DNA of 64,000 bases from an uncultured Duganella sp. Its GTDB lineage: Bacteria; Pseudomonadota; Gammaproteobacteria; Burkholderiales; Burkholderiaceae_D. Where the stretch lies: the NCBI GenBank assembly GCA_963511605.1, contig CAUPJZ010000029.1, positions 10,638 through 74,637 on the forward strand, read 5' to 3'. The notes under the pieces were generated by a model that saw only the letters and a program-made list of their open reading frames with translations, did not search any database and was not told the origin of the DNA. The position numbers were made by a program, and so were the translations under genes. Positions 59,469 through 64,000 of the stretch are shown here, piece by piece (the stretch's first letter is position 1; every line of letters begins with the position of its first letter).

Positions 59469-59708
59469 ATGTCTATCAAAGAAATCACCGCATCCCCAAC
59501 CTACAATCCGAACCGCGTCCTCGACGCCATCATCGAAAAGCTGCAACTGAAAAACGATGCTGCGTTGTCGCGTGCCCTGGAAGTAGCCCCTCCAGTCATC
59601 AGCAAAATTCGCCACAATACCCTCCCGATTGGTGCAACCATCCTGATCCGTATGCACGAGATCAGCGATTTCAGCATCCGCGAGCTGCGCGAACTGATGG
59701 CGGCCTGA
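59469..59708 (+). CDS. Small Cro/XRE-like HTH protein
   Basis: 'NDAALSRALEVAPPVISKIRH' helix-turn-helix pattern; 79 aa. Confidence 0.8.
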   Translation: MSIKEITASPTYNPNRVLDAIIEKLQLKNDAALSRALEVAPPVISKIRHNTLPIGATILIRMHEISDFSIRELRELMAA

Positions 59709-59720
59709 TAGGCGACCAAC

Positions 59721-59767
59721 AAAAAAGACAACGGCGCGCACCTCTCGGTAACGCGCCGTTTTCTTTG
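59721..59767. terminator. Bidirectional Rho-independent terminator
   Basis: AAAAAAGAC-AACGGCGCG-loop-CGCGCCGTT-TTCTTT between convergent genes. Confidence 0.7.
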
Positions 59768-59807
59768 GTGGGTCCGGTTTTGGTCGGCCCGCCTGGGGTG
59801 GGTTCGC

Positions 59808-60008
59808 TTACGCTGACGTGCTGATCGTCGTGCCGATGCGCTGGCCGTTGGTGTTCACGGTGGGCGCGGGTGCCGCTTGCTGCGGCGGCGGTGCCGGCGG
59901 CGCCGCTTGCTCGGCAGGTTTGGGCGCGGCCTGCACCGGTTCGGCCTGGCGCGGTGGCGGCGTTGATTGGACTGCGGCGCTGTTTGAGGCGACTGAATTG
60001 ACGGCCAT
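59808..60008 (-). CDS. Small P/A/Q-rich protein with conserved-looking C-terminal 'VNTNGQRIGTTISTSA'
   Basis: GGGAG RBS; 66 aa. Confidence 0.7.
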   Translation of the reverse strand: MAVNSVASNSAAVQSTPPPRQAEPVQAAPKPAEQAAPPAPPPQQAAPAPTVNTNGQRIGTTISTSA

Positions 60009-60129
60009 GATGAGCTCCCAAGACGGTGGAGTTCAGAGTATGCCACTTATTTAATCATGCCGCCTGTCGGCGTTGCGTGTTTTGGGTGGCAACGCCGGCC
60101 ACAGCTTATGTTGTTGGCGGACCGGAGAT

Positions 60130-60162
60130 GGCGGATTACGCTTCGCTAATCCGCCCTACGTG
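60130..60162 (-). repeat. Single REP
   Basis: Reverse complement GTAGGGCGGATTA-GC-GAA-GC-GTAATCCGCC. Confidence 0.88.
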
Positions 60163-60258
60163 GTTTAGATGACAGCCCAGGCCGATGGCCGCCGGGTGCT
60201 TCCTAGCTCAGGGTGGGACGGCCGCTGAACAGGCCGGGCTGGTTCGGGACTTTGCCCG

Positions 60259-60987
60259 CTACTGCCTTCTCCGGGCTGCCGCAAAAAGCGACTTTTTCTT
60301 CGGGGAGCCGCAAAACGCGTTGGCTTGTTTCTCCGGTGAACCGCAAAATGCGTTGGCTTGCTTCTCAGGTGAGCCGCAGAAGGCGTTGGCTTGTTTTTCT
60401 GGCGAGCCACAAAACGCGTTGGCCTGTTTCTCGGGCGAGCCGCAGAAGGCGTTGGCCTGTTTCTCGGGCGAGCCGCAGAAGGCATTGGCCTGTTTCTCGG
60501 GTGAGCCGCAGAAGGCGTTGGCTTGCTTTTCGGGCGAGCCGCAGAAGGCGTTGGCCTGCATTTCCGGCGAGCCGCAGAAGGCGTTGGCTTGAGTGGCGCC
60601 TTCGAAGGCACGCTTGGCCGGACGCACATAGGCCTCGCCGAATTCCGCTTCGTACAGTTCCTTCATCCGCTGCCCGATGCGCGCCAGTGCCGCTTCGTCT
60701 TCCTCGCCGCGCATGCCGACGTACGGGAAGTGGTGCAGGAAGTAACCGAACACGGCCTCGCAATCGGCGGCGTACTTCATCGTATCGAGGATGTGGTAGT
60801 GCCAGAACGTGTCGACGTCGACCAGCGGCGAGGTCTGTTCGTGGGGGTATTTTTTCATGAGCGTCAGGAACCGGCGATATTCCAACTCGATAGCGTTAAC
60901 ATGTTCCAGCGACCAGCCTTCGCCGGACTCTTTATGCATCAGCTTGACCTTGATGGGGTCCAGATCCAGGGCGTTGATGACGTTCAT
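60259..60987 (-). CDS. DUF1399/glycine-rich-domain-protein-like (GRDP-like) domain fused to tandem Cys-containing peptide repeats
   Basis: AGAGGAG RBS 6 nt before ATG 60987; 'EYRRFL', 'VDTFWHYHILDT..Y..DC', 'FLHHFPY', then 9x QANAFCGSP(EK). The true end may be 60203 (see frameshift finding). Confidence 0.8.
   Translation of the reverse strand: MNVINALDLDPIKVKLMHKESGEGWSLEHVNAIELEYRRFLTLMKKYPHEQTSPLVDVDTFWHYHILDTMKYAADCEAVFGYFLHHFPYVGMRGEEDEAALARIGQRMKELYEAEFGEAYVRPAKRAFEGATQANAFCGSPEMQANAFCGSPEKQANAFCGSPEKQANAFCGSPEKQANAFCGSPEKQANAFCGSPEKQANAFCGSPEKQANAFCGSPEKQANAFCGSPKKKSLFAAARRRQ
60301..60591 (-). repeat. Coding tandem repeat, 9 x 33 bp
   Basis: Units at 60559-60591, 60526-60558 and so on down to 60301-60327 (last unit 27 bp); every unit differs at DNA level. 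Confidence 0.97.
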
Positions 60988-61065
60988 GGACATCTCCTCT
61001 AAATTGATACGGGTTAAGAAACATTGCGAGCAAATTGATTTTTGCCTAACTTTGCTTCTTAACAT

Positions 61066-61079
61066 TTGATATTTATCAA
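61066..61079. promoter_or_regulatory. Perfect FNR-type box upstream of the GRDP-like repeat gene
   Basis: TTGAT-ATTT-ATCAA; a minus-strand (A/C)AAAAT near 61038-61044 fits class II spacing. Confidence 0.75.
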
Positions 61080-61148
61080 TGTTACTGAGGAAATTCCTAC
61101 ACGCCGCTGACTTCTTCCTAGTCGAGGACAAGGCAAACCGGCAGGGGA

Positions 61149-63005
61149 TCAGGCGATAACGTTGGCGGTCAGATGGCCGGCGTCGTTGATATCGTTGATA
61201 TCGTCGTTGGAGGGCGGGGGGACGTGGTCGATCGGTACCGAGATGGCGACCGTGGTGCCGGCGTTGGGGCTGCCGATGATGGAGCAGACGCCTCCGAGCA
61301 AGCTGATGCGCTCCTCGATGCCGACCAGGCCGAACGAACCCACCTTGTTGCGATTGCTCGCCCGCATGCCGACACCGTTGTCGGTGATGGTCATGCTCAG
61401 CATGCCGCCGGCCTGCCGCAATTCCACCCGGACCATGCTGGCGTGGGCGTGCTGGACGATGTTGCTCAGCGATTCCTGCAGCACGCGGAAGAAGGCGGTG
61501 GCGCAATGGTCGTCGATGCGGATGTCGCGCTGGTGCTCGATCAGCTCGCACACCATGCCGGAGCGCTGGCGGAACTGGGCGATCTGCCATTCGACGGCGG
61601 CGTTCAGGCCCAGGTCCAGCACGTTCGGACGCAGGTCGTTGATGATGTGGCGCACGCTTTTGATGGTGCTGTCGATCTGGCTGAGCGTGCTTTTCGCGCG
61701 GGCGTGCAGGCGCGGATGCCGGTGGCGGGTACGGGTGGCCAGCATGTCCGCCTCGATGCGCAGCACCAGCAGGTTCTGGCCCAGGTCGTCATGGATTTCG
61801 CGGGCGATGCGCTTGCGTTCCTGCTCCTTGATCTGGTCGGCGTGCGCGGCCAGCCGGCGCAGCTTGTGGTGCGACTGCTGCAGCTTGGCCTGGCTGTCGC
61901 GCAATTCCTTGGTCATGACCTTGGCCATCTTGATCGCCCGCATGCGCGACGACGACAGTGTGTGGATCAGCAGGTAAAACAGCAGCGAGCCGATAAAACC
62001 GCTCAACATGGCCAGCCACGGCAGGAACAGGTCGAAACGGCTCGACCAGGCCGCCTTGGGCGCGCTGAAGTGGGCATGCCACTGGCGGCCGTTGAACATC
62101 AGCGGCAGCACCACGCCGAACTGGTCGGCCGGGCGCACGTTTTCGCCGCCGTTGACCTTGTTGTCGAATAACAAGGTGGGCGCCGACGTGGCCGAGGAAC
62201 GGTCGCCGCTCTCGCCGCCGTCGTACAGGCGCAGGCGCACGTCGCGCACCTGCATTTGGTCCATGGCCAGTTGCACCAGGCGCGGCACGCTGAAACCGAT
62301 GCCGACCGAACCCCGGTAGGCGGCGCGGCGCTCCTCGATGTTGGTCAGCGGCATATCCTTGCGGTACAGCGGCAGGCGGATCGCCATGCCGCCGCCCTGG
62401 CCGAAGCTGTCCATGTCGATCTGCTTGCCGGAGGTGCTGATCTCGCCGGTGTCGCGCGCGTTGGACAGGGCCTGCGCCACCGGCGGCTTGTGCGTGATGT
62501 CCAGGCCGACCCGCCAGCGGAACGCCGCGATCGGCTCGATCATCGTGATGACGGAATAGTCGGCGCGGCGGCCGGTCGGCTGGATGACGTAGTCGGGATA
62601 GCCGTCGGGGGTGCCGTCGCCGCTGCGCCGCGATACCTTTTCGAAATTCTCGCGCTGCGCTTCGGTGATGTACTCGGCGTAGTTGATGCTGACGAGCGCG
62701 GGAAACCGGGTCGACAGTTTCAGTCCGCGCACAAAGCGGTGGAAGTCTTCGCGTTCGACGTTGTCGCTGGCCTCGAAGTAGCTGGCCGTCGCGCGCAGCA
62801 CGTCGGCATAGGTGTCGATGCGGGAGCTGATGTGGTATTGCGCATTGCGCGCCTGGTGCATGAAGCGTTCGCCGGCGTCGTACTCGACCATCTTATAGGC
62901 GGCCACATAGCACAGCGCGCCCACGCCCAGGGACAGCATGATGCCCGCCCACCAGACGGATTTCGGCGGTGAAAACATTTGTCGCTGCGCGAGAAGTACC
63001 TCCAT
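61149..63005 (-). CDS. CHASE-domain sensor histidine kinase (HisKA_3/NarQ-UhpB type)
   Basis: TM-CHASE-TM; H-box 'ERKRIAREIHDDLGQ'; 'FFRVLQESLSNIVQHA', 'DNGVG', 'FGLVGIEER'. Start could be ATG 62978. Confidence 0.92.
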   Translation of the reverse strand: MEVLLAQRQMFSPPKSVWWAGIMLSLGVGALCYVAAYKMVEYDAGERFMHQARNAQYHISSRIDTYADVLRATASYFEASDNVEREDFHRFVRGLKLSTRFPALVSINYAEYITEAQRENFEKVSRRSGDGTPDGYPDYVIQPTGRRADYSVITMIEPIAAFRWRVGLDITHKPPVAQALSNARDTGEISTSGKQIDMDSFGQGGGMAIRLPLYRKDMPLTNIEERRAAYRGSVGIGFSVPRLVQLAMDQMQVRDVRLRLYDGGESGDRSSATSAPTLLFDNKVNGGENVRPADQFGVVLPLMFNGRQWHAHFSAPKAAWSSRFDLFLPWLAMLSGFIGSLLFYLLIHTLSSSRMRAIKMAKVMTKELRDSQAKLQQSHHKLRRLAAHADQIKEQERKRIAREIHDDLGQNLLVLRIEADMLATRTRHRHPRLHARAKSTLSQIDSTIKSVRHIINDLRPNVLDLGLNAAVEWQIAQFRQRSGMVCELIEHQRDIRIDDHCATAFFRVLQESLSNIVQHAHASMVRVELRQAGGMLSMTITDNGVGMRASNRNKVGSFGLVGIEERISLLGGVCSIIGSPNAGTTVAISVPIDHVPPPSNDDINDINDAGHLTANVIA

Positions 63006-63131
63006 TCCGATTGCCTTTCAAGCAGCTTCATCATTTCCACCGTCCTTGAATATAGAAAATATTGCTAATGCGCGTCAAGTAATTTTGAAAAAACCACCAT
63101 TTGTCCTGGACGTTTTATTCGCGCGGGGATG

Positions 63132-63168
63132 AAAAAAACCGGCGCCTCCTCGCGGAGGGCGCCGGTTT
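63132..63168 (-). terminator. Rho-independent terminator of glnS
   Basis: Minus strand AAACCGGCGCCCTCC-gcg-AGGAGGCGCCGG-TTTTTTT. Confidence 0.85.
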
Positions 63169-63185
63169 AAAGGGCTGACAGCGCC

Positions 63186-64000
63186 TTATTTGGCGACGAA
63201 GCTGTCTTTTAGCGTCACAATGCGGTTGAACACCGGTTTGCCGGCGCTCGAGTCGACACGGTCGGCGACAAAGTAGCCGTGCCGCTCGAACTGGAAGCGC
63301 TGGTCCGGCTGTGCGGCGCTCATGCCTGGTTCCAGGTAGGCGGTGACCACCTCCTTGGCGTTCGGATTGAGCAGCGACAGGAACTCCTTGCCGCCGGCGT
63401 CCGGCTGGGCGTCGGTGAACAGGCGGTCGAACAGGCGCACTTCGGCTTGCAGCGCGGTGGCGGCGGACACCCAGTGGATGTTGCCCTTGACCTTGTAGTT
63501 GTCCGAACCGGGCGTGCCCGATTTGGAGTCCGGGAAGTAATTGACATGGACAGCGACGACTTTGCCGTTTTCATCCTTGTCGAACCCGGTGCATTCGGTC
63601 ACGTAGCCGTGGCGCAGGCGCACGCGGCTGCCCGGCTTGTCGTCGATCGGCGGGAAGTAGCGGAAATAGCCCTTGCTCGGCACTTCCATGAAGTCCTCTT
63701 CCTCGATCCACAGCTCGCGCGTGATCGGGAAGGTGCGCACGCCCATTTCCGGGTGGTGCGGGTGGACCGGCGACGTGCATTCCTCGCTCTGGCCTTCGGG
63801 ATAATTGTCGATGATCAGCTTGAGCGGACGCAGCACGGCGGTGGCGCGCGGCGCTTTCGGATCGAGATCCTCGCGCAGGCAGCCTTCCAGCGTGCTCATG
63901 TCGATCCAGCCGTCGGACTTGGTCACGCCGATGCGCTCGCAGAACAGCTGGATCGCCTCCGGCGTGTAGCCGCGCCGGCGCAGGCCGACGATGGTTGGCA
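63186..64000 (-). CDS. glnS: Glutamine--tRNA ligase, C-terminal part (5' end outside window)
   Basis: 'RRRGYTPEAIQLFCERIGVTKSD', 'AVLRPLKL', 'VKGNIHWVS', 'AEVRLFDRLF', 'FQFERHGYF'. Confidence 0.95.
   Translation of the reverse strand, partial: PTIVGLRRRGYTPEAIQLFCERIGVTKSDGWIDMSTLEGCLREDLDPKAPRATAVLRPLKLIIDNYPEGQSEECTSPVHPHHPEMGVRTFPITRELWIEEEDFMEVPSKGYFRYFPPIDDKPGSRVRLRHGYVTECTGFDKDENGKVVAVHVNYFPDSKSGTPGSDNYKVKGNIHWVSAATALQAEVRLFDRLFTDAQPDAGGKEFLSLLNPNAKEVVTAYLEPGMSAAQPDQRFQFERHGYFVADRVDSSAGKPVFNRIVTLKDSFVAK

Noticed and set aside
60009-60110. Sigma-28 promoter for the 66-aa protein (also sought upstream of the MCP and the 31350-32897 gene)
   Set aside because: No adequate match to TAAA-N15-GCCGATAA at any of these sites.
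6276-60162. REP pairs considered as CRISPR remnants, MITE/IS ends or terminators
   Set aside because: They are dispersed inverted doublets with the GTAG signature; there is no transposase or target duplication in the window and no consistent U-tract.
60301-60591. 33-bp tandem repeat considered as a CRISPR array
   Set aside because: Units are contiguous with no unique spacers, vary at third codon positions and lie in frame within a gene; no cas genes are present.
60185-60860. Repetitive ORFs in the other frames over the 33-bp repeat (e.g. CFSGEPQKALA, RPTPSAARPRN)
   Set aside because: These frames change amino acid from unit to unit while the QANAFCGSPEK frame does not, which identifies the latter as the coding frame.
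60988-61590. N-terminal extension of the repeat-protein ORF to 61590
   Set aside because: It overlaps the kinase gene out of frame and runs through an AT-rich promoter with an FNR box; a strong RBS supports ATG 60987.

Overview
A GC-rich betaproteobacterial chromosome segment, most consistent with Oxalobacteraceae (Massilia/Duganella/Pseudoduganella-like; inferred from gene content, not searched). Bases 1-23.5 kb hold a xyloglucan-utilisation locus: partial GH74, XylR, a XylX-XylB fusion, XylD, XylFGH, a TonB-dependent receptor, GH35, GH31, GH95 and GH2. It is wired to oxidative (Weimberg-type) xylose catabolism. The rest is mixed housekeeping and accessory genes (ldhA, ndh, gluQ, pyrF, sbcB, partial glnS, MFS transporters, an MCP, a GGDEF protein, a CHASE kinase), nine GTAG-type REP/REPIN loci, a candidate anti-Shine-Dalgarno sRNA and several small uncharacterised proteins. 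The most unusual element is at 60.2-61.1 kb. It is a DUF1399/GRDP-like His-rich domain fused to nine 11-aa repeats (QANAFCGSPEK) that differ almost only by synonymous changes, with a tenth AFCGSPEK unit hidden in the -1 frame and a perfect FNR-type box upstream. I found no CRISPR array, rRNA, tRNA or transposase. Family calls come from recalled motifs; no database search or computation was run.
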